From Hypanus sabinus (taxonomy: Eukaryota), in contig NC_082732.1 of the NCBI RefSeq assembly GCF_030144855.1, positions 31,434,001-31,498,000 on the forward strand: a DNA stretch of 64,000 nucleotides. Direction: 5' to 3'. Both the position numbers and the translations under genes were made by a program. A model generated the notes under the pieces. That model saw only the letters and a list, made by a program, of their open reading frames with translations, did no database searches and was not told the DNA's origin. Of this stretch, positions 1 to 12,664 are shown piece after piece (positions within the stretch are counted from its first letter, which is position 1; each line of letters opens with the position of its first letter).

Positions 1-482
1 AAAGGCTTTGGATGCCTGGAGGTGGGTCACTCGCTGCTGGATACCCAGTCTCTAGCCTACTCATGAAATCATGTGGCTGGTCTTGCTGAATTTCTTGTTG
101 AATAGTGAGGTTGTTGATGTTGGGGGTTTTAAAATGGCAATGCCAATGAATATCAAGGGTAGCTTACATGTTCTCTTGTTGGAAACTTGGCTTTGCTCAG
201 CAGCTTATGCTTGAATGATGTCTTGGTCTTGCCGACCTTCATACATCTGCTCTGCCAATCAGTGAGGACACATCTGATCTAAATCTGAATTCTTATCCTG
301 CCTGATGTGGATATGGTGCCCAATATGCAGCACACAAGCGAGCTTCAGACAAGAAGTGAAGGGAGAGTCATTGTGCACGGACTGAATGGGAAACTCCTAC
401 TGGAACTTGGACAGGAGCTGGCCATTGGGACCAGATGTGGGGGCAAAGCGTTAAGTGCAGGGGTGCTGTGTGGTTTATGTAC

Positions 483-665
483 CTAGCTGGCAGCCTGCAT
501 TCCAGAAGGGCTGTGGGTTGAAGTTACTGGAGTCCACCCTGTAGGAGGAAGGGTATATGCGGGAGAGCTGCCGCTGGTTCACCCGGAGGAACTGCTGGGG
601 CTTCTGTTGCAGGAGCTGGTGGGTTTTTGCTTCGCTGAACGAAGAGACCTGCCAACTGCACACGA
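483..665 (-). CDS. PLCH2: PLCH2 coding exon, Y box (VVCSWQVSSFSEAKTHQLLQQKP...QLSRIYPSSYRVDSSNFNPQPFWNAGCQL), 183 nt
   Basis: SRIYP..RVDSSN.NP..FWNAGCQ Y-box motif. Acceptor ctccaacag, donor G|gtacat. The gene continues left of the window. Confidence 0.96.
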
Positions 666-1124
666 CTGTTGGAGAGACCAAGCACAAGAGCAGTTACCAA
701 AGGACAAGTGAGAGGAACACAGCCACTCCCACACTTAAAGCAGCAAGGACCCGATCCTCACAGTACCCCAGGCCCCCTCACCTGCCCAGACCTCTTGCCA
801 GACTGATGAATCAGAAATAGTGACCATCACTCGACCGGATACTCTGCCTTTCTAACAATGGGAGGAGAATGTTCTATCAATAGCTTCGGGTTTGTCACAG
901 AATCAAACAGCAAAGAAGGAGGCCATTTCAGCCGAGAACTTCTCCATGCCAGGCCCACCTTTGGGTCCTACTCCTATGCTTTCTTCCACTCTGTTTTCCA
1001 CACCCTGCACACTTCTCTCCCTTGAGAAATTGCCTGATGTTTTTGGACTGAAATCTCTTTGCTGTGGACCAGGGGTACCCAGGTACTCGCCCATAGCTCA
1101 GTGGTTGAGTTGCCATCAGGTTCC

Positions 1125-1320
1125 TGCTCACCAACATCTAATCTCTCATCCTCCCACTCACCAGTCTCCAAACTTCCAACATCCCCCAACTCCCTAATCT
1201 CTGCTCTCAACCATCCACAGTCTCCATTCTCTTGACTAACACCACTTCTCAATTTCCAATCTCCCAACCATCCCCCATTCTCCACTCTCCAGTCCCCCAA
1301 CCGCTTCCCAATCCATAGCA
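1125..1320. repeat. Degenerate C-rich minisatellite (about 29-bp unit)
   Basis: Recurring ctcccaaccatcccccattctcc-like units. Confidence 0.6.
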
Positions 1321-1615
1321 TCTGATTATACAATGGCTCCGTAATGCTTGGCCTCAGACTGAATTCCTTTTGGCCAACAATCCCTTCAAAGGCAAGTCTG
1401 AGCCTGGAGTGCTGATGGTGTGAGGTCTGTGGACCATCTCTGTGGGCAGGACTATAGATGGTTCCCTCTGTATCACCCAGGTTGGACTGTCTGAAATTAC
1501 GCCTTGTAATATCTAACTGCCCTAGTCTCACACCCTATGCCCATCACTGACTCCGTCAGGTTTTTTTTTCATGGGTCAGATGAAATAATAAATCAGTGCA
1601 TTTTGTACCACCCAC

Positions 1616-1713
1616 CTTCAGAGTCGATATCGTATATGCCGACAGACTTTGTGTACTTAACCAGGTCCGAGAGCGCCCGGGAGAGTTTCATGGTCTTCTT
1701 CTGCCTACTGCTC
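1616..1713 (-). CDS. PLCH2: PLCH2 coding exon, start of Y box (SSRQKKTMKLSRALSDLVKYTKSVGIYDIDSE), 98 nt
   Basis: RQKKTMKLSRALSDLVKYTKSV motif. Acceptor cttttgtcag, donor G|gtgggt. Phase 2->1. Confidence 0.95.
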
Positions 1714-2124
1714 CTGACAAAAGAAGGGAAAGTTAAGCATCTGATCTATGGTGTCTCTCAGACAGGGTAAACAGGAGGTTAGAACTGATACTATGAAATC
1801 TGCAAACTACAGCTATTAACACTTGTGTGAACTTCCAGCGTTCAGGAAACTAAATGCTTACAATTCAAACAATTGGGAACATTAAGGGCGGCTGAATGAC
1901 GTTGGCCAGAATGGCCTTCTTGCAATTGGCTTTTGTAGCTCTATAAGTAAACTGTGAGAAACTATCCTTAGATCTGGGCAATGGGACTGTGTCAATAAGT
2001 GCTCGATGTGAACTAGACAAAATTGGCCAACCTGCACCTTCTCCAATGGTCACTCCTCACCTTTGTCCGAATGTTCTGCTGGGCACGGCCAGTCCCCCTC
2101 CTTCAGTCCATCCCTCTTACTCAC

Positions 2125-2225
2125 CTTGCTGTGTGCACCGTGCTTCGCCCACCAGTGGTCTGATGCTCATGTTCTTCTTCATCATCCTCCAGGCTCGAGG
2201 ACTTCTTTATCTTCACAGCTTTTTT
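2125..2225 (-). CDS. PLCH2: PLCH2 coding exon, X-Y linker (KKAVKIKKSSSLEDDEEEHEHQTTGGRSTVHTAR), 101 nt
   Basis: Basic then acidic segment like PLCH2 KKGSKLKKAASVEE. Acceptor ttattgcag, donor AG|gtgagt. Phase 0->2. Confidence 0.88.
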
Positions 2226-2834
2226 CTGCAATAAGTGAAATCGTAACACTGATCGAACGGTCATAGGTTCTGACATTGCTAAGTGCCCTTTTCTGTGGCC
2301 CCTACAGGGACCCTGGTGAGGCAGTACCACAGAATGTTACTGAACAGGCTTCCAGCAATTTAGACTCTTTGATGCAGAGATCAAGTTAAAATTTCACCAA
2401 GAAGGTTGCGGAAAATTTGGGAATGAATATTAAAGATAGTGATAGAACTATCAGATTGTTATCTGTTTGACTAGTGACATGGGAAAAGAAACCTGCCATC
2501 CATACCCAGGTTGGCCTGTGGCTCACCCCAGAACCACTACTATATTGGCCCTCAACTACATTGTCAGATTAGAGGCTATTAGGTGTGGGCAACATATGTC
2601 TACATTCTGTGGACAAAGTTAAAAAAAATCCTGAATTCTGGTCTCATCCTGGTGTGCAACCACAATGTAAAGTTAAAGGGGGAGCAAAAGATATGTCTTT
2701 GCACCCTTACCCACCATTTTGTCTATGATGGCATACAGAGATATGTAAAATTATGAGAAGTACAGATAGGTTAAATGCAAGTAGGGTTTTTTCCCCCCAC
2801 TGAGGTTTGGAAAGACTAGACTCAGAGGTAATTA

Positions 2835-3050
2835 TAAACACAAGATATTCTGCAGATGCTGGGAATCCAGAGTAATACATGCAAAATGCTGCAGGAACTC
2901 AGCATCTCAGGCAGCTTCTAAGGAGAGAAATAAGCAGTTGGTGCCTTGTGCCGAGACTCTTCATCAGGTCTCGGCCCGAAACGTCTGCTGCTTTTTCCTC
3001 TCCATGGATGCTGTCTGACCTGCTGAGTTGCTCAAGCATTTTGTAATTGT
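2835..3050. repeat. Inverted pair of Penelope terminal repeats inserted in a CR1 tail (similar pairs at about 39955-40265 and 52140-52335)
   Basis: aaaatgctgcaggaactcagca ... tgctgagttgctcaagcatttt arranged as an imperfect palindrome. Confidence 0.78.
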
Positions 3051-3833
3051 TACTCTAGAACTAGAAGTCATGGGTTAAGGGTGAAAGGTGAAATATTTAA
3101 GGGGAGCCTGAGGAGGAGTTTCTTCACTCAGAGGGTGGTGAGAGTGTGGAATAAGCTGCCAGCGGAAGTGGTGGGTTCAAGTTCAATGTCAACCTTTATG
3201 AGAAGCTTAGATAGATAGATGGATGGGAAGTGTATGGAGGGCTAGGGTGCAGGTATGGGTTGATGGGATTAGACAGAATAATAGTTTGGCACAGACTAGA
3301 AGGGCAGAAGGGCCTGGTTCTCTATGATTCTATGGAGCCTTAGGTCGCAGTTTAAATGGGTCTATGTGATATCCTGACCCACCATCACTGACAGTATGAG
3401 TCCAATTTCAGTGACACAGCTCCTACACTTTGTGAATACAACTTCAAGATGGCTTACTGTTTGCTCCCATCTTTGCCTCATTTCCACACAATGCAGTCCC
3501 AGCTGTGCTGGTACCATCGAGCACAAAATAAAGCACCTACCATCACCCTAGGAAGTTTAAGTGCAACCAGTGATTGACCTTTGAAATGCCTTCACTGAAT
3601 ATGGAAGGATAGAGAGCAGTTAATCTCCACGCAAACTCCCACATGTATCTGTGATTAGATCATCTGTTTAAGTGATGAATGAGCTCGTCAGCGCTCTCAG
3701 GAGCACTCCCTGCTCTCTTTCTGATAATGTCATGGGCAGAAGAAGACCAAGACCAAGACTGATCTTAATGGAAGGATGCCAACTCCAACAGTGTGGCCCT
3801 CTGTTGGTAATGCACACAGCCACGAGCCCAGAT

Positions 3834-6136
3834 CAGAGTTTCTCATCCAGTCCTGTGGAACCCTGGGGTTCCGCGAGAGATCATGATTTAAAAAAAACAA
3901 GCATCGACTTTTGAAATTGGCACAATGCGTGATGCTGGCACTCGCAGTGGTGGGCAGTGACCGAACAGCCCCGTTAGCAATCTCGTGTGAGGTCTCTCAG
4001 CCCAGTAGGGCAGTGCACAGCAGGGCCGTGTTTATTTGGTGGAGTCCATCCTCAGTTTTTGACGCAAGATAGGGGAGGTGATTGATAATTGGTGAGTGCT
4101 GTATTGCATGGAGGGGAGGACGGTAGGCTGATGAGGAGCGTGAAGTGCGTTTTCAGAGGATTGAATGGATGCGCCCAACTTGGGCTGTGATGTCAGCCTC
4201 TCCTTCATGAATTACCTCCCCAACTTTCCCTTATGACTTAACTGAGTTCCCCAACTGACTAATGACAACGAACAAACTCTGCCAGTGTAGTAGAAAATTG
4301 GAGGGAAATTTTCATTCTAAAGAAAGAATTTTTACATGCCAAAGGAACTGTGTTGGCATCTGTACTGATGGTGCCCACCAATGGTTGGTTCGATGAGAGG
4401 TTTCCTTTCTCTTGTAAAAAAAGAAAATCCTGACGTTGTTACAACACTGCTGTCTTCGCAGAGAGGCGCTGATATCAAAAACCCTTGGAGGTGAGATGGA
4501 AAAATGTCCTGGATGATGCTACAAAAATGGTTAACTTTATTAAACAAAGGCCAGTTCGCTTAAGAATGTTTAAAAAACTGTGTGAAAACCTGGACAAAGA
4601 GCACTGCAGTCATTGGCTACATACAGAAATCCAGTGGCTTAGCAGAGGAAGAGTTCTCGACAGGGTGTTTGAGCTGAAAGGTGATTTGCAGGAGTACTTT
4701 CAAAACAATAGTAGGCTAGATTTTGCTAAGTGATTTGAAGATGAAGAATGGCTGCAGGAACTAACCTACTTAGCAGACATTTTTCATCATATGAACCAGC
4801 TGAATAAGTCTTTGTAAGGCCCTGGAGAAAATGTTTTGTTTTCAAGTGACAAGATTCTTGATTTTAAAAGGAAACTGAATCTTTGGAAAAATCATGTTGC
4901 AAGAGGAAATCTTGAAATGTTGCCACTGCTGTTTGGGCTTGAGAGTGAGGAAGGATCTGAAAGTGTCGAGTCTTATTGAAAACCACCTGGAAGAACTGCA
5001 AAACGAAATCGAGCAGTAGTTTTCCTCCCTTTCAACACAAGTGTATGACTGGGTGTACCTCTGAATCTTCTGCTTAGCCTGAGCACTTGACTTTGAGAGA
5101 ACAGGAAGAACTTTGAGTTGCAGTCTGATTGTGCACTCAAGATGAGATTTACTGACCTGACCCTGGACAAGTTCTGGATTTCTGTGAAAGAAGGTTACCC
5201 TGCCATTCATAGGAAAGCAATGAACATTTTATTGCAGTTTCAACTTCTTATATGTGTGTGGTGAACTACATATACCTGTCTGGACACGCCCTCCTCCCAC
5301 AGACCCCTATATAAAGGCGATTGGAGGCACTGCTCCTCCCTCAGTCTCCAGGATGTTGTGTGACGGTCTCTTGCTGCTGACAGTGCTTTCTTCCAGCTAA
5401 TAAAAGCCTATCTCTTGCCTCACATCTCCGAGAGTTATTGATGGTGCATCAATGTGTGAGGAAGCTTTTTCTTGTTTAACAAAGATCAAGAGTAAGGATA
5501 GAAATTGTCTCATTTCAGTTGAAGGTGAAATCCGTGTGTGCTTATCTCAAGTTCGACCCAGAATTGAGTATTTGTGCAGCAAAAATCAAGCACAGGTTTC
5601 ATATGCTGGGCCTATACTTGAGTCTGATCATGTCACTTAGTAAGAAAATGTTATTCATATTGCTTTGGCTTATGGTTTTTAGTAACTTTATTATTCAACA
5701 ATGTCAATAAATTTTCCTGTTGTAAATAGCATTAATTTAAATCTATTTACAACCTTTACTTAAATTAAATCTACGGAGGCTACCTTTAGAAAAATTAAAT
5801 CCCAATTTGGCTTAATCCAGTTATTTAACAGAAATTTATTATGTTTACCTTATGCAGTTTTAAAATTTACGAAAGGAAAAGAAAGATTAATTTCAAGAAA
5901 AGTAAGCTAAGCTTAACCACCTGATTTTTTTCAAGAAAGATTGGCTAAAAATTCATTTTCTACTCAAAAAAGCATTGATAATTATTTTTAGATTATTATA
6001 TTACAACTTACTGATCACACTTACGTACTGTGAGCTGTAGATATAATAATTTTTATGCAGGGACCTGAATAAAAGGCCCTGAGACCAGAAAATTATTTCA
6101 GGGGTTCCTCCAGGGCAAAAAGGTTGAGAAAGGTTG
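3834..6136 (+). mobile_element. hAT (Charlie/Buster-type) DNA transposon with decayed transposase
   Basis: Imperfect TIRs CAGAGTTTCTCATCC / GGTTGAGAAAGGTTG. 8-bp TSD GCCCAGAT / GCCTAGAT. Transposase remnants CTDGA, TEIQWLSRGRVL and STSYMCEEAFS with stops and frameshifts (about 4330-5600). Confidence 0.9.
5257..5451 (+). mobile_element. Solo LTR inserted into the hAT transposase
   Basis: TG...CA ends with 5-bp TSD ATGTG. TATATAAA at 5308 and AATAAA at 5399. Removing it restores STSYMCEEAFS. Confidence 0.9.
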
Positions 6137-6901
6137 GCCTAGATTATATGCTCAGTTCACTAAGAGTGGTGCTTTACTCCTGTCACCTCCGCCTCAGAAA
6201 GGGAAGTACTCCCTACTCAGCCACAGCAGGCCCCTGTTGGATAAATAGGATCAAGTATCAACTTTATTCGCCAAATACACTTATATGTATTAGGATCTTG
6301 CTGTGGTATACTGGCTTGACATGCAATAAAAAAGCAATTATAAAGGATAAAATATTATGCAAAAATTGTTGCTGTTCCTCTCTGCATCTTGTGGCGCATT
6401 AGGTGACAACCTCACCATTTCTGTAGTATTCATCTGTTTTTTATGAGGCTGAGTTGCTAGCTCAACGCTCAACCCAACTCAACACAGATGGAAAGCAGGC
6501 CAGTTTCAAACCTGGGACCGTTCACCTCGAAGTCCATTAGGGATCCCAGTACACCACTGGCTGGCTTATATATAAGTCAGAGGCTAAAGTATGGATATGG
6601 AATACAATGTGCATTAATACATATATACCAGCATGCATTTACAATTTAAACCACATTATAAAATGAGATTTAAAGTGTCTCCAGTGCATTCCATTAACTG
6701 AGGTAATAGTTACCTTCTATCTATTACCTTATGTAATGGGTGACCCTGTAGATGCTATTCTGGAAATTCGTCATTCATTGCACTGAATTATTGTCCATAT
6801 CACCCATAAGAAAGAGGAACCTTCAGCCACAAGATCTATTTTGTGTGTACTACTTCAGCTGCCCTTCTCTGACAGTTTCTGAAAGTACCAACTCTACTGA
6901 C

Positions 6902-6994
6902 CTTGCGCTTGGAGAAGCTGCCAATGAAGGAGCGACTGTGCCTCTTGTTGGTGACTGGATCTTCTCCAGAGTCTGTCCCATCATCAGTTTTACT
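6902..6994 (-). CDS. PLCH2: PLCH2 coding exon, X-Y linker (SKTDDGTDSGEDPVTNKRHSRSFIGSFSKRK), 93 nt
   Basis: Matches the PLCH2 SK...SGED...GSFSxRK segment. Acceptor ctgctgacag, donor AAG|gtcagt. Confidence 0.9.
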
Positions 6995-7079
6995 CTGTCA
7001 GCAGAAGGTAATTAGCTACATTAACAAAATGGGGACAGACTGCTAAGTACACATTAGTGAGAACCAAATAAAGGTTCTA

Positions 7080-8900
7080 TTTGCGGGAACTTGCATTTCA
7101 CTAATTTGATTGAGTTTATTTTTGAAGAGGTGACTATGATCGATGAGGGCAGAGCAGTAGATGTTATCTACATGGACTTTAAAAAGCCCTTTGCCAAGAA
7201 CTTGCATAGTAAGCTGATTCAGGTTATATCATATTGGATCCAGAGTCAGCTACCTACTTGGCTTGGTTGTAGGTGTCAGAGGGTGGTAGGGAAGGGTTGT
7301 TCTCCAGATTGGAGACCTGTCACCACAGGGTACCATAAGGATCAGTGGTGAAGCCTCTGTTATTTGTACTAAACATTAATGAGTTGGATGAGAATGTTGT
7401 AAATTTGGGTAAATTTGTGCGAGAAACCAAACCTGCTGGTATAGTGGACAGTTTAATAAGTTGTTTCAAGTTACAACAGGTTTGAGTTGTCCATCATGGG
7501 TGAAGCCCTCCCCACCACTGAGCACATCTATAAGGAGCTCTGCAGCAAGAAATCAGCATCCATCATCAAGGGCTCCCACCACCCAGGCCATGCTCTCTTC
7601 CCACCGCTGCCATCAGGAGGGAGGTACAGGAGCCACAGGTCCCACACCATCAGGTTCAGAAAGTTATTATCTCTTAACCATTAGGCTCTAGAACCAGAGG
7701 GCATAACTTCACTCAACTTCCCACCCCAACACTCAACTGAGTCCACAACTTACAGACTGACTATCAAGGATTCTGCATCTCATGTTCTCAATATTTATTG
7801 CTTATTTATTTATTATTATTATTTTATTTTGTTTTCTCTTTTTCTATTTGCATATTGGCTGTTTGTCCTTGCTGTGTGTAGCTTTTCCATTGATTCTATC
7901 GCGTTTCTTTGCATTCACTGTGAATGCCCACAAGGAAACCAATCTCAGGGTAGTATATGCTGACATACTGTATACTTACTTTGATAGTAAATTTACTTCG
8001 AACATTGAACAGGATCTAAATCATCTGGGAGAATGGACAAAAGAATAGCAGATGGAATTTAAGTCAAGACAAGCATAAAGCGAAGCTTTCAGGTATTAAA
8101 GCAGGCCCAGATATACACAGTGAAAGACAGGGCCCTGGGGAGTGTAACTGAACAGCAAGAACATGGGTTACAAGTACAGTACCTAGTTCCCAAAAGTGGT
8201 GAGATAAATAGAATGGTGATGAAGGTATATGACATAAAAGACATAATGGCTGGGGCAATGAATATAATAGTTGGAACATTATATTCCAACTCTGCAAGAT
8301 ATTTGTGAGACTACACTTAGAAAGCATTGTGTGCAGTTCCAGTTGCCATGCTATAGAAAGAATGCGACTAAGTGAGAGAGGGTGCAGAAAAGATTCATGA
8401 GGATGTTGTCGGGACTGAAGGGATTTAGTTATAAAGAGAGAGCGGACTGGGTGAGATTGTACTTCCTGGAGCGAAGGAGGCTGAGAAACAACCTTATAAA
8501 GATCTGTAAGATTATGAGTGGCATTGATAGAGTGGTTAATCACTAATCTTCTTGCCGGAGTCGGTGAGTCTAAAACCGGAGAGGGGAAATTCTGAGGAGC
8601 GAGTTTTTCATGCAGAGGGTGGTGGTGGGTTTAAAGAACAGGTTGGCAGAGGAAGTGATCGAGGTGGGTACAGTTGTAATATTTAAAGGCATCTGGGGAG
8701 GTTCCTGAATTAAGAAAGGTTTAGAACAGGGTTCCCAACCTAGGGTTCACAGAGCCCTTGCTTATGGCATAAAAAAGTTGGGAAACTCTGGTTTAGGAGG
8801 ATGTGGGCCAAGTGCGGGTGGCTGGGACTGGGACTAGATCAGGTAGGCACTATGTAGGCATGGATAAATGGGGTGAGAAACCCGCTTCTATTCTGGGTAG
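7080..8900 (+). mobile_element. CR1 LINE RT/3' fragment, interrupted by a Rex/Babar fragment (about 7490-8010) and a hAT MITE
   Basis: TNLIEFxFEEVT..IDEGRAVDVIYMDF and CR1 3' sequence. Confidence 0.82.
8727..8790. mobile_element. 64-bp hAT MITE
   Basis: TIRs CAGGGTTCCCAAC / GTTGGGAAACTCTG. TSD GTTTAGAA / GTTTAGGA. Confidence 0.75.
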
Positions 8901-9784
8901 TTCCGCGAGTGATAGACATAAGGAGAGGGCTAGCCAGAGTGTAGGAAGGGTGGGAGAGGAAGAGGGAGAGTAAAGGAGAAATAGAGACAGAAAGATTGAC
9001 TCAGAATGAGAAAGGGAAGCTGTCAGAGTTAGCAAACTAAGCTGCTTCACACCTCCAGAGAAAAAAAAGCCTAAAACTCACAACAGACAAACCTAAAACA
9101 CCAGCTTCTGAAGCTATCCCAGTCTCACATCATTTATCACTGTCACTCATTTTCATTAAATCACCATTCAAGGTATTTAAACGTTGGATGTAAGCACCAT
9201 TTAGGAGTTGGCAAGTAGACGTGCAGCTCTCTGTGTAAGAAGTTACTCCCTTAACTTAGCCACTCGAGGGTATTGAGTGTTACAACACAGGTGCCATCCT
9301 ACCTCAGGATAACACAACATTAAGAACCAGAGCCAAGCACAGAGACAGAACATATAGTTACAAATGCAGAAACACAGAGGTGAACTAAGCTGTGAACTCA
9401 GTCAGCCCGATCATGAACACTAGCCTCCCTGCATTCCAGACATCTTCAGCCAGGACATGCTCTCTTCTCATTGCTGCCATCAGCGGCAATGATTCAGGGA
9501 TATCTTCTTACCCTCTGCCGTCAGATTTCTGATGGACTTTGAGCCTACGAACATTACCTCACTACTTTCTTTTCTTCTTTTTGCACTTTTTATTTAACTT
9601 ACATGTTAAAATATAAATATATACAGTGTATGTGTGTGATATATATATATATTGGGAGATTCACCTCTTTCTGTGACTTGAATGTAAAGGAATATTTTCA
9701 GTGTATTACACTCTATGTAGATTGGCCAATGTTCTTCATTTATCTGCCTTCTTTACTTCATTCCTGCATGTGTGTGTGTAGTGT

Positions 9785-10082
9785 AGGCCTCTGTTAGTCT
9801 CGATAGACCATGGATTTGTACCTTGGAAAGTTTCCAGGGTGCAAGCCTGGGCAAAGTTTTTTTTAATGGAAGACCGGCAGTCGCCCACGCAGCAAGTCTC
9901 CCCTCTCCACGCCACCAATGTTGTCCAAAGGAAGGGCATTAGGACCCATACAGCTTGGCACTAGTGTCGTCGCAGAGTGGTGTGTGGTTAAGTGCCTTGC
10001 TCAAGGACACACACGCAGCCTCAGCCAAGCTCAAACTAGCAACCTTCAGATAACTAGACGAACACTTGGCCACGCACCAACA
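9785..10082 (-). mobile_element. tRNA-derived SINE
   Basis: Head on the minus strand with the GTGTCCTTGAGCAAGGCACTTAACC motif common to fish SINEs. Confidence 0.65.
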
Positions 10083-10989
10083 CTATACATATATATACAC
10101 GCTGTAATATACAGTTTTTTTCTTATATATATTGCAATATACACATGCCAGTGATATTACACCTGAATCTGATGAAAATGGAGACATGGACAAGGAGAGG
10201 GAAGTGAGGAAGTGGACACCTTCCAGTATGTGTGACTCAAAGACACATTTAGGATGAAAGGCATGTGCAGATAAAAGGAGAAAGAAGGACAGAGGGAGGA
10301 AGAAATTATTATTCAATGCATGGATTGAATCTTTTGAACTGATTGAGTTACAAAGGCAATAAATTACAGCCAATGTCACATTTCATGTTTACAAACTGTT
10401 CCTCCCTTGTAGACTTTAATCAAAGGATTCGATAATTAAATAACTGAAAGAACGTTGAATCTGGGGACTGCAATGCAGAGCAGTTCTCAGCCGAGATGTT
10501 TCACAGTGGTGGCCAGTGGAGCCAGTGAAGCAGTACTGTGTCATCCATGGTGCCACTGTGGTACCAGCCTATCAGACATTGCCCACTCACTACTGCAGAG
10601 AGGAGCAGTTCACTTCATTCCTGCGGCATCTGATGAAGTCGGAATAGGAACAGCCCCAAGTGCATCACAATCGATGAATGAATCATAAAGTGCAGTCACA
10701 GTGATACAGACCATAGCAAGATCCCAAAAACAGCAAAACAAAGAACCACTTTTGTCAGTTAACTATCTGGTATGTTACACAAGATATTAGATATTAGATG
10801 AGAAAGCCAATGTTTTAAGAATTCCTTATGTGTACTATTGTGGGAGACTCACTTCTTTCTGTGACTTGAATGTAAAGGAATATTTTCACTGTATTGCACT
10901 CTATGTAGATTGGCTGATGTTCTTCATTTATCTGCCTTCCTTATGCTCATATTATTTACAGGATAATGACGGGCCCAGGACCAGAGGCT

Positions 10990-11130
10990 CTGAAGTGGTG
11001 CCTAGAGGATTTTTACTCCACTTGAGAGGGCAGACCGGGCCTTAATTGAAGGTCTTGTCCCAAGGACGGAATCTCCAGCAGTGCAGCCAACCCTCAGCAT
11101 TACTCTGGAGTAGGAGCCTGGAATATCATA
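10990..11130 (+). repeat. Ancient Deu-SINE (SacSINE1/AmnSINE1-like) remnant; others at about 45240-45400, 58470-58550 and flanking the hAT element
   Basis: Resembles the Deu-domain consensus CACCTGAGAGGGCAGACGGGGCCTCGGTTTAACGTCTCATCCGAAAGACGG...CAGTGCAGCACTCCCTCAGTACTGCACTGG, recognised from memory. Confidence 0.6.
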
Positions 11131-12664
11131 CCTCGGCCTCCAAAAGGAGGCTGAATCAGTAATTGTTTGACTCAAAGACGAGATAGTTTAATCACAACTG
11201 ATGTGACCTGAGCTATGATGTAAACTATTCAATCAGCTGAGTCCACACTCCTCTCGAAGTAGGTTGATCTGGGAGTGCAGGGGGGGGGTTTGGGATTGAA
11301 ATGAAAGTGGCATCGTTAGTGCTTATCATTCCATTCACTCTCAATCCACATTCTATTCTTTCCTTTAACTACATCCATTCTATTCACCTCAAGCACTCCA
11401 GGGTAAATTCCTATTCTGACCAAAAACATTTCTATTAATTCTTCATTGCTTTTATCAGTGACTGACTTATAATTGTGATCCCTAACAGATTGGAAGAATC
11501 TTCTTTATGTTTAACTTACTGAACTCTTTCAGAATCCTAGAATTCTGTATTGGATCACCTCTTTTCGTAGTTGAAGGGACCCGGCCAAAACATTGACTCT
11601 TTCTTCTCCTCCACAGATGCCAACTGACTTGCTTCAGAATTTTGTGAGGATTGCTCAACAGCTCTCTAGGATTAGAAATTGCTGCACATTTCATTCTGAA
11701 ACCATGGCCTGTATTAGTGGAAACACCCTTTCAGCATCCATCCTTTCAATCTGCCTTCGAATCATATGTTTCAATATTGTCTCCCATCCTCTAAACGCTA
11801 GTGAATATAGGCTCAGCTAGCTGAAATTCCGTTCATACAGTAACTCCTTCATCCTAGGATTTACGCAACTGAGCTTTATCTGCACTACCTCCAATGCAAG
11901 AAGATCCTTTCTTAAATATGGAGATCAAAACAATGTACAGTATTACAAAATATGAAGCATTTTCTTATCAAAGTACATATGTGTCTATATAACCCTGAGA
12001 TTCATTTTCTTGTGGTCATACTCAATAAATCTAATAACCATAGTAGAATCAATTAAAAGTTTACCCAACAGGGCGCACAACCAGTGTGCAAAAAAGACAA
12101 CAAAGAGTGCAAATACAAAAAAGAAAAAAAAGAAATAATAATAATAATAAGAAGAAGAAATAAATAAGCAATAAATATCAAGAACATGAGATGAACTCTC
12201 TCCTTAAAAGTGAGTCTGTAGGTTGTGGGATGCAAAATCAGCGGTGGAGCAAATGAAATTGAGTGAAGTTATCCCTTCTGGTTCAGAGGCCTGATGGTTG
12301 AGTGGTAATAGCTATTCCTTAACCTGGTGAGCTGGGTCCAGAGGCTCTTGTACCTTCTTCCTGATGGCAGTCTCATCAACCCTTTGTGGATTTACATGAA
12401 AACTTCTATCCTAAGATACTCCAAATGTCTTGCAAAAAAAGGCCAACATTTGACTCGCCTTCCTGCTTCACAACCCTTTGATTTTTATTCACTAGAACCC
12501 TCGTTGTAACACAATGTACCACTATACCATCACTGTTCCTTTTTCAAACACAATTAGGTCCTTCTGAATTCTATGTGCAATTGAAATGGAGATGAAGGCA
12601 AGGTCCATGGCCCCTGCTTGCATGGATACTGGCAACAAGCCTCAATGGAAGATGGGAGAACAGA

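Noticed and set aside
974-1531. 185-aa minus-strand ORF
   Set aside because: Intronic, runs through a degenerate minisatellite, and has no recognisable domain.
4330-5640. Possible domesticated ZBED8/FAM200/GTF2IRD2-like gene
   Set aside because: Multiple stops, frameshifts and an LTR insertion, with TIRs and TSD still present. It is a dead transposon.
10853-10931. Possible exon in the duplicated 99-bp segment (AGAA|gtgagt donor)
   Set aside because: There is no polypyrimidine tract at the acceptor and the 79-nt length is frame-shifting.
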